A stretch of 25,031 nucleotides of DNA from Pseudomonadota bacterium (GCA_037142195.1 JBAXBA010000053.1:1-25031), one strand, 5' to 3'; positions 1 through 9,825 are shown, numbered from the stretch's first letter. Notes: generated by a model from the letters alone, not told the origin. Translations and numbers: made by a program.

Positions 1-120
1 CTATTTCTCAAAACCTATTTCTCAAAACCTATTTCTCAAAACCTATTTCTCAAAACCTATTTCTCAAAAACTATTTCTCAAAAACTATTTCTCAAAAACT
101 ATTTCTCAAAAACTATTTCT
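1..120. repeat. 14-bp tandem repeat CTATTTCTCAAAA(C/A), at least 8.5 copies, truncated by the window edge
   Basis: Four copies of CTATTTCTCAAAAC (1-56), four of CTATTTCTCAAAAA (57-112), and a partial CTATTTCT (113-120) that overlaps the nuoF stop codon (119-121). Confidence 0.98.
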
Positions 121-1453
121 ACAGTGTCACATGGTCATGATGCTCTAGAAAATGAGGGGCTTTTTGACCTGGTTTCTTTAAAGGACAACAGCCTTCCGTA
201 ATATGAGCTTCAAACTCTTTTCGAAACTTTTTGAGAGACGAAAGCGCGGGTCCTGTCACGGCATCTGCAAACGCACAAATGGTTTGACCTGCCATATTCG
301 AACAAAGCCTAGCTATCGTGTCCAAATCTTTGGTATCGCCGTGCCCAGTTTCGATTCTATGAAACAAACGCGCCAGCCAGTGGCTTCCTTCCCGGCATTG
401 ACTGCATTGACCACAGGATTCGTGTTCATAAAACTTAAGTAAGCGTGCTGCGGCTTCGACGATGCATACGGTTTCATCCATAACGATAACGCCACCTGAT
501 CCCGCCATTGTGCCCGCTTTCATGAGGCTATCGAAATCCATGGCCACATCGATTTCCTCAGCAGAAAGCATAGGGGCCGAGGCACCGCCAGGGATCACGG
601 CTTTGAGTTTCTTACCGCCCTTAACCCCACCACAATGGCTGATTAAGTCTCTTAAAGTTATATTTAAGGGAAGCTCGTAGACTCCCGGTTTTTCCACATG
701 ACCTGAAACACAAAAAAGTCTGGTTCCCCCGGAACGTTCCGTACCTACCTTGGCAAAGGCCTCAGGGCCGTCTCTTAAAATCCCGACTACGGAACAAAAT
801 GTTTCTACGTTATTCACACAAGTAGGCATGCCAAAAGCCCCGACCATTGCAGGAAACGGCGGTTTAAGACGCGGTTCGCCTCGCTTGCCCTCAAGGCTGT
901 TTAAAAGTGCTGTCTCTTCACCGCAAATGTATGCACCCGCACCCCGGTAAATCGACAATTCAAAATCAAAACCTTTGCCCATGATATTTTTGCCAAGAAA
1001 GCCTTGTGCATAGGCTTCTTCGAGAGCTTTTTTTAGAATGACTATTTCTTGATAAAATTCACCACGCACATAGATCCAACCTCTTGAGGCGCCAATGGCG
1101 TGAGCGGCAATCGCCATACCTTCAATGAGCTTATGGGGATAGCGATTTAAAAGAAGCCGGTCCTTAAAGGTTCCAGGCTCCCCCTCATCCGCATTGCAAA
1201 CTAAATATTTAGGCTTAGGCGAGCCATCAGGATGCTTGGGCTCCTTAGGCATAAAACTCCACTTCATCCCTGTCGGAAACCCGGCCCCACCACGACCACG
1301 CAAATTTGATTTTTTAACTTGGTCGACCACTTCATCTCGCGTCATGGTCAAAGCTTTTTCTAGCCCCGCATAACCTTGAAGTTTGGAGCGATATACAGAA
1401 ATTGTATGGCTATCAGGTATCTGATCTTTGGTAGTTAAAAATAATTCGGACAT
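119..1453 (-). CDS. nuoF: NADH-quinone oxidoreductase subunit F (FMN/NADH-binding)
   Basis: GRGGAGFPTG, CNADEGEPGTFKDR, GAGAYICGEETALLNSLEG and HESCGQCSQCREG...TICAF (N3 cluster) motifs. Start placed at the ATG of MSELF (1453); the ORF track extends to 1498 through a degenerate repeat. Confidence 0.96.
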   Translation of the reverse strand: MSELFLTTKDQIPDSHTISVYRSKLQGYAGLEKALTMTRDEVVDQVKKSNLRGRGGAGFPTGMKWSFMPKEPKHPDGSPKPKYLVCNADEGEPGTFKDRLLLNRYPHKLIEGMAIAAHAIGASRGWIYVRGEFYQEIVILKKALEEAYAQGFLGKNIMGKGFDFELSIYRGAGAYICGEETALLNSLEGKRGEPRLKPPFPAMVGAFGMPTCVNNVETFCSVVGILRDGPEAFAKVGTERSGGTRLFCVSGHVEKPGVYELPLNITLRDLISHCGGVKGGKKLKAVIPGGASAPMLSAEEIDVAMDFDSLMKAGTMAGSGGVIVMDETVCIVEAAARLLKFYEHESCGQCSQCREGSHWLARLFHRIETGHGDTKDLDTIARLCSNMAGQTICAFADAVTGPALSSLKKFRKEFEAHITEGCCPLKKPGQKAPHFLEHHDHVTL

Positions 1454-1478
1454 AAGTTCTACTTCCTTTTTCAGTTCT

Positions 1479-1514
1479 TTCCCTAGGCCATTCCCCATGC
1501 CTTTCCCCAGGCTC
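1479..1514. repeat. Degenerate 12-bp tandem repeat x3 between nuoE and nuoF
   Basis: TTCCCTAGGCCA / TTCCCCATGCCT / TTCCCCAGGCTC. Confidence 0.55.
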
Positions 1515-1548
1515 AGCAGAATCTATTAGTGCGCTTACTAGCTAAAAT

Positions 1549-2016
1549 CTAACTCAGGCGATCAATCAAAGCCTGACAGGAACTCTCATCTAAATTTTCA
1601 TGGTAATCGTTATTGACCTGCATGACCGGAGCGGTCCCACATGCAGCAAGGCATTCCACTTCTGAGAGGGTAAATTTTCGGTCTGCTGTAGTCTCGCCAC
1701 AGGAAATGCCGAGCTTTTTTTCAAAACAGGCCACAAGCTGATCAGAGCCCCTTAGAAAACAGGCGATATTGGTACACACTTGAATGTGATACTTCCCCAC
1801 AGGCTTTCGGTTGTACATCGTATAAAACGTGACAACTTCTTTTACTTTGGCTAAAGGCAAATGCAAAAATTCGGAGGCTTCACGCATGGCGCCTTCTGAA
1901 ACCCAACCTTCTTTGGCTTGGATCTCGTGAAGCAGTGGTAAAAGAAGAGCCTGCTCCGTGGGAAACTCCGAGCGAATCGCTTCCATTTTAGACTTTATTG
2001 TTTCACATAAAATCAC
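1549..2016 (-). CDS. nuoE: NADH-quinone oxidoreductase subunit E (2Fe-2S)
   Basis: VCTNIAC...VECLAACGTAP motif and EVVTFYTMY. GTG start with a GGAGG SD; lies between nuoD and nuoF. Confidence 0.96.
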   Translation of the reverse strand: MILCETIKSKMEAIRSEFPTEQALLLPLLHEIQAKEGWVSEGAMREASEFLHLPLAKVKEVVTFYTMYNRKPVGKYHIQVCTNIACFLRGSDQLVACFEKKLGISCGETTADRKFTLSEVECLAACGTAPVMQVNNDYHENLDESSCQALIDRLS

Positions 2017-2028
2017 GGACTATCCTCC

Positions 2029-3243
2029 CTAGCGATCTAATTCACCAGCAATAATATTTAGACTTCCGAGTATCGCAATCGCATCAGGAATTTTAGCGCC
2101 TTTGATCGAATGCTCATAACTTTGAAAAAGCGCCAGCGATGGGGACTTAATTTTAATCCGCCAGGCTTTTGGTCCACCACGACTGACTACATAATATCCA
2201 AGTTCCCCATTGGGAGCTTCTATAGCGCGATAGGATTCTCCAGGTGGAACATCGATGCCTTCCATAAAAATCTTAAAGTGATGAATCAAAACTTCCATCT
2301 TCTCATAGACATCTTTTTTCTTGGGGATAAGCACTCGGCTATCCTCAGTCCAAATGGATCCACCAGGAAGTTTTGCACAAAGTTGCTTGAGGATTTTAAG
2401 GGACTGACGCATTTCTTCCATCCGTACAAGATAGCGATCATAGACATCGCCTTTCGTAGCCACCACCACGTCCCAATCGAGATCACTATAATTGTAATAG
2501 GGACGATCTCGGCGCAAATCCTGATCCACTCCCGAAGCCCGAGCTACAGGACCCGTAAGACCGAATCCCAGGCATTCTTCTGCAGTTAAAATGCCCACAT
2601 CCTTGGTTCGATCTACCCAAATTCGATTGGCAGAAAGAAGTTTTTCCACATCATCAAGCGTTTTAGGAAGACCTTCCATAAAGGTTTTCATTTCCGCTTG
2701 AAAGTTTTCAGGAAGATCATAGGCCATGCCGCCGATGCGCGCGTAGGAGGTCGTAAGCCTCATCCCACACATCCCTTCAATGATCGTATAAGCCTGTTCT
2801 CGCCAGGTATAAAGCATCCAAAAAACAGTCATAGCCCCCATATCGAGAGCATTGATGGCAACACAAATAATATGATCAATAACGCGGGCAAGTTCTAAGC
2901 AAATCATGCGGATGTACATGCATCGTTCCGTGATGGTAATGCCCATCACATCTTCCACAGCCATGACATAACCCACATTGTTTGCCAATGCGGAACAATA
3001 GTTAAGCCTATCTGTGTAAACGATCCATTGATGATAGGTCTTATGTTCCGCCAATTTTTCAATGGCTCGATGCAAATACCCGATTTCACAAGAGGCGTCT
3101 TCAATGGTCTCCCCATTGACCCTACACATGACACGAAGAGTTCCATGCATGGCGGGATGGGAAGGGCCAAGGTTTAACAAGACGTTGGGATTATAGTAAT
3201 CTTGAAGAGGGGTCACGAGATTATTTTTAAGAAGAGTTTCCAT
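2029..3243 (-). CDS. nuoD: NADH-quinone oxidoreductase subunit D
   Basis: NLGPSHPAMHGTLR, IGYLHRAIEK, DRLNY, EAPNGELG and C-terminal GELDR. Confidence 0.97.
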   Translation of the reverse strand: METLLKNNLVTPLQDYYNPNVLLNLGPSHPAMHGTLRVMCRVNGETIEDASCEIGYLHRAIEKLAEHKTYHQWIVYTDRLNYCSALANNVGYVMAVEDVMGITITERCMYIRMICLELARVIDHIICVAINALDMGAMTVFWMLYTWREQAYTIIEGMCGMRLTTSYARIGGMAYDLPENFQAEMKTFMEGLPKTLDDVEKLLSANRIWVDRTKDVGILTAEECLGFGLTGPVARASGVDQDLRRDRPYYNYSDLDWDVVVATKGDVYDRYLVRMEEMRQSLKILKQLCAKLPGGSIWTEDSRVLIPKKKDVYEKMEVLIHHFKIFMEGIDVPPGESYRAIEAPNGELGYYVVSRGGPKAWRIKIKSPSLALFQSYEHSIKGAKIPDAIAILGSLNIIAGELDR

Positions 3244-3794
3244 TACTTGGACACCTCGCTTTCCGTTACCATACGAATTGGCAGGGAGTCGCTAAACTGC
3301 TGTCTCGCTTCGAGGGCATATTCTTTGCGGAGCGGATACCCCTCAAATCTCTCATCCATCAAGATGCGGCGCATATCGGGATGACCACGAAAACGAATTC
3401 CAAACATATCAAAGCATTCGCGCTCCAGCCAATTCGCCATAGGCCAAACCCCTGTTAATGTCGGAACCTCTTCCCCATCTGCCACAAGGCACTTAATGCG
3501 CATACGGGAATGAAATTTGGACGAGTAAAGATGGATAAAGAACACAAAGCGCCCCACACCATCAACTCCATCGATATTGTCATAAGCGCTTAAATCCGCC
3601 AAACGATCCATGGCGAGACTAGAATCATCTCTTAATTTACGAACAACTTCGGGAAGATCTCCCGAACTCACAAGCCACAAAATGCCTTCTTGATTGGCAT
3701 CCTCGTCATAGCGCCCATGCTGTGTATAATTTTGCTTTAAATGCCCGTTAATCCCGTCTTGGGCTTCCCGATTCTTTAAAAGAAGACGACTCAC
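3243..3794 (-). CDS. nuoC: NADH-quinone oxidoreductase subunit C
   Basis: ANWLERECFDMFGIRFRGHPDMRRIL...YPLRKEY signature. One-base overlaps with nuoB and nuoD. Confidence 0.96.
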   Translation of the reverse strand: MSRLLLKNREAQDGINGHLKQNYTQHGRYDEDANQEGILWLVSSGDLPEVVRKLRDDSSLAMDRLADLSAYDNIDGVDGVGRFVFFIHLYSSKFHSRMRIKCLVADGEEVPTLTGVWPMANWLERECFDMFGIRFRGHPDMRRILMDERFEGYPLRKEYALEARQQFSDSLPIRMVTESEVSK

Positions 3795-4432
3795 TAGCCC
3801 TCCTTCTTAGAATGCGTGGATTCACTTTTCGCCGTTTCAGGCGCAGGTGACTTGCTAAAACTCTCATCAAGAGAGACCTTCGCGGGGTCTTTAAAAATGG
3901 AATCCGTAATCACTTCACGATAGGACATCGCATTTCTAGCTTGTTCGGGAGTCAGTCTTTCTGCTTTAGGACGAGGCAAGCCTTTTTCAATGGTCTCTTG
4001 AAGACGCATAATCGCGTAGATCAATCCCTCCGGAATCGGAGGACAGCCAGGAACGTAGATATCGACAGGCATGATTTCATCGATACCCTGAAGTACGGAG
4101 TAAGTGTTAAAAATGCCGCCTGATGACGAACACGCACCCATAGCAATGACCCATTTGGGTTCGCACATTTGATCATAGACCTGTCGTAAAACCGGTCCCA
4201 TTTTCGTGGTAATCGTTCCCGCAACCAGAAGTAAATCAGCTTGCCTTGGCGAAAAACGCACGACCTCGGCCCCAAATCTGGCCAAATCATAAGTTGACGA
4301 CAACGTCGACATCATTTCAATTCCACAACAGGATGTGCCATACGGCATCGGCCAAAGGGAATTCTTGCGTGCCCATCTTACAGCATATTCCAAGGTCAAT
4401 GGGAATACCGCTGAACTACCATCTTTAGACAT
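3794..4432 (-). CDS. nuoB: NADH-quinone oxidoreductase subunit B
   Basis: [28 protein letters not shown] and DIYVPGCPP (N2 cluster ligands). Confidence 0.97.
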   Translation of the reverse strand: MSKDGSSAVFPLTLEYAVRWARKNSLWPMPYGTSCCGIEMMSTLSSTYDLARFGAEVVRFSPRQADLLLVAGTITTKMGPVLRQVYDQMCEPKWVIAMGACSSSGGIFNTYSVLQGIDEIMPVDIYVPGCPPIPEGLIYAIMRLQETIEKGLPRPKAERLTPEQARNAMSYREVITDSIFKDPAKVSLDESFSKSPAPETAKSESTHSKKEG

Positions 4433-4441
4433 ATATCCCCC

Positions 4442-4843
4442 TCAATCCCAATCTAACCCACGACGCCCGATCAGATAAAAATATCCCGCGACGAGCAAAC
4501 TCATAAAAACACCCATCTGAAACAATACAAAAGGCCCTGTAGCGATATATTTTTTAAAGACAACCGCCCACGGGTATAAAAAAACTACTTCCACATCGAA
4601 TAGAAGAAAAACAATACCTACGACGTAATATCTTACGGAAAACTGCTGCCTGGCGTTACCAGTCGCTGGCACACCGCATTCATAAACATCAGTTTTTTCG
4701 TGCCCAGTTACCTTAGGGGTTTCCCCTAAAAGCTTGGGGATCAAAATATTTCCACCGATCAAAGCAAGACCAATCACACCTGCAATCGTCATTAAAATCA
4801 AAATAGGCAAGTAACCAATAGCATCAGGATCAACCCACGTCAA
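4442..4843 (-). CDS. nuoA: NADH-quinone oxidoreductase subunit A
   Basis: YECG, FSVRYY, FLLFDVEVVFLYPWA, C-terminal GLDWD and three hydrophobic segments. TTG start with a GGAGG SD. Confidence 0.96.
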   Translation of the reverse strand: MTWVDPDAIGYLPILILMTIAGVIGLALIGGNILIPKLLGETPKVTGHEKTDVYECGVPATGNARQQFSVRYYVVGIVFLLFDVEVVFLYPWAVVFKKYIATGPFVLFQMGVFMSLLVAGYFYLIGRRGLDWD

Positions 4844-4942
4844 AAGAGCCCCCTCCCTTAAATTCCAAAAAAATCCCAGTTCTCTTCAAAACATCCTTTT
4901 AACGTTTCATAAAAATATGTTTCCAATAGAAATGGACTCATG

Positions 4943-4972
4943 ATTGTAGCACGCGCCAAGTTAAAATCGCCA
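4943..4972 (-). promoter_or_regulatory. Probable extended -10 sigma70 promoter of the nuo operon
   Basis: Minus strand TGcTACAAT (4951-4943) about 100 nt upstream of nuoA, a weak -35 TGGCGA, and an AT-rich region upstream. Confidence 0.45.
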
Positions 4973-5258
4973 TTATTTTTTATGAAAAATGCTGTAAATA
5001 TTAATTGTTATATCTTAAGCAGCCTCAAAACGCCTCTCTGGTCATCTACTGCTCAAATAGATATCTGGCCTGCTAGAGATGAAAAGCCAGGGAAGCTAAC
5101 TTATTAGGCAGACAGACGCGAGTGGCAGCTGGAGGAGAGCGGCATAGAGAGATGCTATCAAGTAAGGATGCTACATCACTACGCCTGTGCACAAATCGGG
5201 CATTTTGTTCGTGGGATTCTTCTGATTTACCTCAGTCAGTCGGAAGCCTTTAAAAACG

Positions 5259-6203
5259 TCAATTGCCTTTTTGTTCAAAAGAAACGTTGAGAACGAGGGA
5301 AGAGTCTTTAATAAAGAGTTCCGATTTATTTAAGCTTGCAAAACTTCCAAGAAGTCCTCCTAGGCGGACTTCAAATCCAAACAAATCCGCCGCAAAATCT
5401 AACCCGTAACGAAGATTGGGCTGACTTAAAAAATAAAGTTGCCAGTCCTTCTCCACCATGTCAGCAAGACCTTCGGCCATCGTTGTCGAGGATACGATTT
5501 GAGTCCTCGCACCGTCAAAATCTGTTTTTGTATAGTCAGCCCAAGGCACGATAGAAAACTGTTTGAAGAAGTGCCAATTGAGGTTAACACCCGCCGAATA
5601 GCGATAGAAATTGTAGTTTAAAATCTTCATATCTTCATCTTGAATCTCAATCTCATGATTTGAGGACTGGAGAGGACTTATGCTATGTTTTACGGACAAA
5701 CTCTTACCATTTAGAATAAAAGCTAATTTCAGCTGCCTATGGAGCCTCGGAAACGGAACAATCGCCGCATTGAGGCCGACCCCACTCGTAGCCAAAGTGC
5801 TTTTTTGGCCCTGATAGTAACCGCTGCCAGAATAGGACTGCACATACTTATACTCTCCGACTTCCGTATCTCTTAAAGCGGAAAAGCCAAGACTTATATT
5901 TTTGAGGGAGACTGCGATATGGGGCTCTATCTTGAGGCCCTTTACACTGAGTTCATCAGATTCATAAAAGACAGGATCTTTGGGAATGATTTTGTAATCG
6001 CTTGAGGTAACACCCAGAGCATAGGTAATCGTATTAAATGAGGGGACGAGATGATAAATGGGTGTGGATTGATAGATCCCGGGATTGTCGCTATGAGATT
6101 TCACATAACTATCGATGAGTTCCGCACGCTTTCCCGTTTCCTCAGAAAGTCCTGCTACACTCCAAAAAAAAATCATAAGCGTCAAATAGCTTTTTAAAAG
6201 CAA
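5259..6203 (-). CDS. Hypothetical exported protein, possibly an outer-membrane beta-barrel
   Basis: Long ORF. Likely TTG start at 6203, 8 nt after GGAGG, giving signal peptide MLLKSYLTLMIFFWSVAGLS. Many alternating amphipathic, aromatic-rich strands (YSAGVNLNWHF, LRYGLDF). The ORF track starts at 6332. Confidence 0.6.
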   Translation of the reverse strand: MLLKSYLTLMIFFWSVAGLSEETGKRAELIDSYVKSHSDNPGIYQSTPIYHLVPSFNTITYALGVTSSDYKIIPKDPVFYESDELSVKGLKIEPHIAVSLKNISLGFSALRDTEVGEYKYVQSYSGSGYYQGQKSTLATSGVGLNAAIVPFPRLHRQLKLAFILNGKSLSVKHSISPLQSSNHEIEIQDEDMKILNYNFYRYSAGVNLNWHFFKQFSIVPWADYTKTDFDGARTQIVSSTTMAEGLADMVEKDWQLYFLSQPNLRYGLDFAADLFGFEVRLGGLLGSFASLNKSELFIKDSSLVLNVSFEQKGN

Positions 6204-6403
6204 CGTAAGGGCCTCCCTATGGCCCCTACGTGTCGGAAACTGCAAAAAAAAAATGAGCCTTCGCTCTGGCGTCCATTCCAAATCCCCCTGAAAACCTACG
6301 TTAAGATGGACAGAAGTCTCCATTTTTAACATTTTTTAAAAAAAATAAGTCAGCCCTTATTTCCTCTCAGAAAAAAGCAATGGTAAGAAGAAATAGCCTC
6401 ATG

Positions 6404-8236
6404 CTACCTGGACTTAAATCGAGAAAGTGCCCCAAGGCGAGGATACTGAGCATAACCACAGGAAAGCGCAGAAGGTAATCTGCTAGAAGGTCCGCTAAAA
6501 GCATGTCCTCGACGAAGCTGTCCGTTCGCTGAAGCCAGTACAACTTTCGACAATTCTTGCTGCATGTTTTGCCAGGTCAAAGCGGACGAAAATGTAAAAG
6601 GCCCTAGGTATTGATGAGCTTCGACTTCAGATGCAATATTCCACTGTCTAAAACAGGTAGAATGATGGGGATCGTTCAAGTCTCCGTAAAATAAATTTAA
6701 ATTACGGCCTTCAATCTTCCAGCCATTTTCTTGGAGAATCAGACATTGGTCTTCAGAAAGACCATTTAAGTCGCGGCTGTCTCTGGAGTTGGATACAGAA
6801 TAAAGTGCTTTCCCTGAAACTTTCGGGTCGATGCCAAGAAGGCTCAAAAGCTCCAAAGACATTTCATCGGCTTCTTGTTCGGTTGTATACCAAGAAAGTC
6901 CTTCTTCTCTGGCCCGCTCTAAAAGAGCACTTCTTAAATTTATTTTTTCTTCATAGCTCGCAACATAATGCGCTTTTAGCTCGTCAAATCCGGAAAATGA
7001 AAAGGGCAACTCGCGGGATTCAAAGATTAATGAAATAGCACGGGTAAGAGAATCTTTAATCTCAGGCGGAAAGGGAGAATTTCGCTTGAGACAAGCCTCA
7101 AATTTATCAGACAAGTCGCGGTAAAAGGCAATACTTTCCTCTCCCAACTTACTTCCTGACAATATAAAGCGACTTATATCTAAACGAACTTCATCATTTT
7201 CTTTTGCGGCAAATGTCTCACAACCAGGATATGCGGCTAATCGGTTTTGAGTGTCGGGATCGCTAAGAAATACCGCCAAAGTCCCTGGGAAGTTCTCCTC
7301 TGGATACTGCTTGGCGATGAGGCGCATGTAAACCACTTTCGCCAAGTCATCCGCAAGCAACTTGGCTTTACCGTCAAGATCTGCTGTAGGCCTTTCTCTC
7401 AGTTTGCCTTGATCTCTAAAGTAGAAAAAGCCAAACCTATTGGAGTGTTCCCAAAAAGAATGACTTCGATAATAATGGGCGATTTCATGGGCTAAGATTC
7501 CATACATTTCAGCTTCGCTTACTTTTTTTACGAGCCCCGCTGTAATTTTAATAAAGGGAGCCGATGCTTCATAAACGATTTTTTTTGAGTTGAAGTCAAC
7601 AGCTTCGCATGTTTTAGGGATAGACAAAACCCCTCCAACATCTTGAACCATGCAAGAGGGGTCGACATTTTGATTAAATGTGCGAATCAGAGCCGAAAGA
7701 TCCGAAAGCTGAGCTGAAGTTTTAGGACACACAAACTTAGGATTTTCTTCACTCAACCAACCGCTGGGATCTATCCGCAAATAAGGAACTTCTGTATTAG
7801 CCCCTTCTTTTTTGCTCCCCGAATCCACACAAACCGAAGCACTTAGCGCTTCGGCAAAGACCCCATCATCATCTACAACAATGACTTGGGGAGACGGAGT
7901 ATTCGAAAGCTGGTTGGGATAAGTCTCACGGGCTTTTTTGTCAATGACAAGCACAATGCGATTGAGCTCTGCACTTACACTAGCTGGTGACGATAGTTCC
8001 TTAACGGATCCGCCTCGCCTGATAAGTTGCTCCCTAAGGAAGTCTTCTTTAGAAATGCCAGCCCATTGAAAAGAATCTGGGCTCCAAGTCAACTCACCTA
8101 GTTTATGGGAGAGTTTCGAACTGCTATGGTTACAAGCCAATAGAATTAAATTTACGCTAAGAGTTACGCTAAGAGCTACGCTAAGAGCTACGCTAAGAGT
8201 TACGATATGAGCTGATCTTATTTTTGCAAGTTTCAA
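6404..8236 (-). CDS. M48-family-like Zn metalloprotease, lipoprotein
   Basis: ILAHEIAH (HExxH), downstream EQEADE, IKITAGLV and lipobox LLAC. Start reassigned to TTG 8236, 7 nt after AGGAGG (ORF track 8278). Confidence 0.75.
   Translation of the reverse strand: MKLAKIRSAHIVTLSVALSVALSVTLSVNLILLACNHSSSKLSHKLGELTWSPDSFQWAGISKEDFLREQLIRRGGSVKELSSPASVSAELNRIVLVIDKKARETYPNQLSNTPSPQVIVVDDDGVFAEALSASVCVDSGSKKEGANTEVPYLRIDPSGWLSEENPKFVCPKTSAQLSDLSALIRTFNQNVDPSCMVQDVGGVLSIPKTCEAVDFNSKKIVYEASAPFIKITAGLVKKVSEAEMYGILAHEIAHYYRSHSFWEHSNRFGFFYFRDQGKLRERPTADLDGKAKLLADDLAKVVYMRLIAKQYPEENFPGTLAVFLSDPDTQNRLAAYPGCETFAAKENDEVRLDISRFILSGSKLGEESIAFYRDLSDKFEACLKRNSPFPPEIKDSLTRAISLIFESRELPFSFSGFDELKAHYVASYEEKINLRSALLERAREEGLSWYTTEQEADEMSLELLSLLGIDPKVSGKALYSVSNSRDSRDLNGLSEDQCLILQENGWKIEGRNLNLFYGDLNDPHHSTCFRQWNIASEVEAHQYLGPFTFSSALTWQNMQQELSKVVLASANGQLRRGHAFSGPSSRLPSALSCGYAQYPRLGALSRFKSR
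8152..8204. repeat. 12-bp coding tandem repeat (T/C)TACGCTAAGAG x4.4, encoding V(T/A)LS x4 in a signal peptide
   Basis: TTACGCTAAGAG x2 (8152-8175), CTACGCTAAGAG x2 (8176-8199), TTACG. Confidence 0.95.
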
Positions 8237-8280
8237 AAGAGATCCTCCTGATCTCATGAGATTACAATAGTTTTCCAAAA

Positions 8281-9825
8281 TTAGCCCGCTTTTGGCACCT
8301 GAATTTTTTGTCCTGCTTTAAGTCGATTTAAAGAAATTTTATTGAGTTTCTTAATTTCGTCAGGCGTAGTGCCATAACGGCTTGCTAATTTTTCAATCGT
8401 GTCTCCAGCCTTGACCAAATGAATGGCTGGCGTAGGAGTTTGAGTTACTAGTTTAATTTTTTGTCCCACGTAGACTCGTCCACTTCGAAGCCCGTTAAGG
8501 GAGCGTAAGGTAGCCATGGATACGTTATATTTGGCAGAAATCAATGCTAAAGTGTCACCACTTCGAACCTTATGAAAAGCCTTGGGGGCAGAGCTTGTCG
8601 CCGCTGACGCCACGTCTTCTTGAACCTCTCTTTTAAGCTTGATGCGTGCTTTCTGGAGTTCCTCTGCAACGGAGCCTAACTTGCTTTCTGAGCCCTCTGG
8701 TACCCAGAGATAATATTGATCGTTGGCCGTGCTCGGGGTAATCCCCTTTTTAAGGTGGGGATTTAGAGACGTTAGTTCTTGAAGGGGAATACCGGCAGTT
8801 TTGGCGATATCCGTCAGTCTGACGCCAGCAGGCACCAGGGCAGCAACAGGAAGTTTCATGGCTGCATCTGGATTTAAGTCAAAATCATATTTCTCGATAT
8901 TTTTGCCAATAATGGCTGCCGCCATAAACTTAGGAACATAGTCTGCTGTCTCTTTCGGCAAAAATCCGCCCTTGGCCAACTCCCAAAAGTCCCGGGTATG
9001 CCCCCGCATGATAGCTCCTAATACACGACCTTCGCCTGAGTTATAGGCAGCCATGGCAAGTTCCCAGCTTTGATAGACCCGGTAAAGACTTGCTAGGTAA
9101 CGGGCCGCAGCTCTGGTGGAACGAATCGGATCGTGGCGCTCGTCAACAAAAGAATTGATTCTTAATCCGTATCTAGACCCGGTTCCTTGAATAAATTGCC
9201 AGACTCCCACCGCACTTGCATGTGACTTTGCATAGGTGACAAATCCCGATTCAATCATGGCTAAATAGTAGATTTCTGTAGGTACACCTTCTTCCTTTAA
9301 AATGTTGGAAATCAATTCTTTGAATCGATTCCCTCGCTCGAGAAAGCGTGTAAATCGCTCTTTGTCCTTAACCGAAAAATATTGAATCCAATTTTGAACA
9401 GCTGCCTCTTTTTCCATCAAAGTGATAGAGCCTACTTGATTGCCTTTAGGATCTTTCAAAGCATGATCTAAATCTTCTTCGGCACTAGAAGCTTCCAGGA
9501 TTTGCGAAAGTTGCAAGGCTTGGGGGGATCCTTCGGGAACACAAACCATGCCATTATTTACGACCACCTCGGCTTCAGAATTGTCATCTTCATCGGCTTT
9601 TAGATCGAGTGCCGAAGACTTTGCTAAAGGTTTGGCAGCGCTTACGGGGCCCTGAGGCTTAGAAACAGCTAAGTCTTCTTCGAGCTTTTGCCCCTTAGCC
9701 GGAGTATTTTTAGATTTAGAAGCAGCGCCAAGAGTAGGTCTCTCACCTGTAGTTGAGGTCACACACCCCGTGAAACTTAAAAGACCAAGAAAACAAAAAA
9801 TCAATCCTACCTGCTTCATAGACAT
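8281..9825 (-). CDS. mltD: Membrane-bound lytic murein transglycosylase D-like lipoprotein (SLT domain plus LysM repeats)
   Basis: LAMIESGF, AVGVWQFI, AAYNSGEG and ETADYVPK SLT motifs. C-terminal LysMs (HKVRSGDTL, HLVKAGDTI) and lipobox FTGC. Start at ATG 9825 or 9819 after AGGAAAGG. Confidence 0.88.
   Translation of the reverse strand: MSMKQVGLIFCFLGLLSFTGCVTSTTGERPTLGAASKSKNTPAKGQKLEEDLAVSKPQGPVSAAKPLAKSSALDLKADEDDNSEAEVVVNNGMVCVPEGSPQALQLSQILEASSAEEDLDHALKDPKGNQVGSITLMEKEAAVQNWIQYFSVKDKERFTRFLERGNRFKELISNILKEEGVPTEIYYLAMIESGFVTYAKSHASAVGVWQFIQGTGSRYGLRINSFVDERHDPIRSTRAAARYLASLYRVYQSWELAMAAYNSGEGRVLGAIMRGHTRDFWELAKGGFLPKETADYVPKFMAAAIIGKNIEKYDFDLNPDAAMKLPVAALVPAGVRLTDIAKTAGIPLQELTSLNPHLKKGITPSTANDQYYLWVPEGSESKLGSVAEELQKARIKLKREVQEDVASAATSSAPKAFHKVRSGDTLALISAKYNVSMATLRSLNGLRSGRVYVGQKIKLVTQTPTPAIHLVKAGDTIEKLASRYGTTPDEIKKLNKISLNRLKAGQKIQVPKAG

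Noticed and set aside
1..120. Terminal repeats as a CRISPR array or telomere
   Set aside because: Units are contiguous with no spacers, the two window ends have unrelated units, and no cas genes are present.
1454..1498. N-terminal extension MGNGLGKELKKEVEL of NuoF
   Set aside because: It arises partly from a degenerate 12-bp repeat; the ATG at 1453 has a purine-rich SD-like stretch and gives a more normal length.
203..4428. Short ORFs overlapping nuo genes (e.g. 2110-2589 +, 203-442 +, 4021-4290 -)
   Set aside because: Antisense or alternate-frame shadows of highly conserved genes with no recognisable motifs.
5040..5255. Possible sRNA divergent from nuoA (GATGCTA direct repeat, G-U-rich hairpin about 5219-5246)
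   Set aside because: No recognisable RNA family or clear promoter; the structure is weak.
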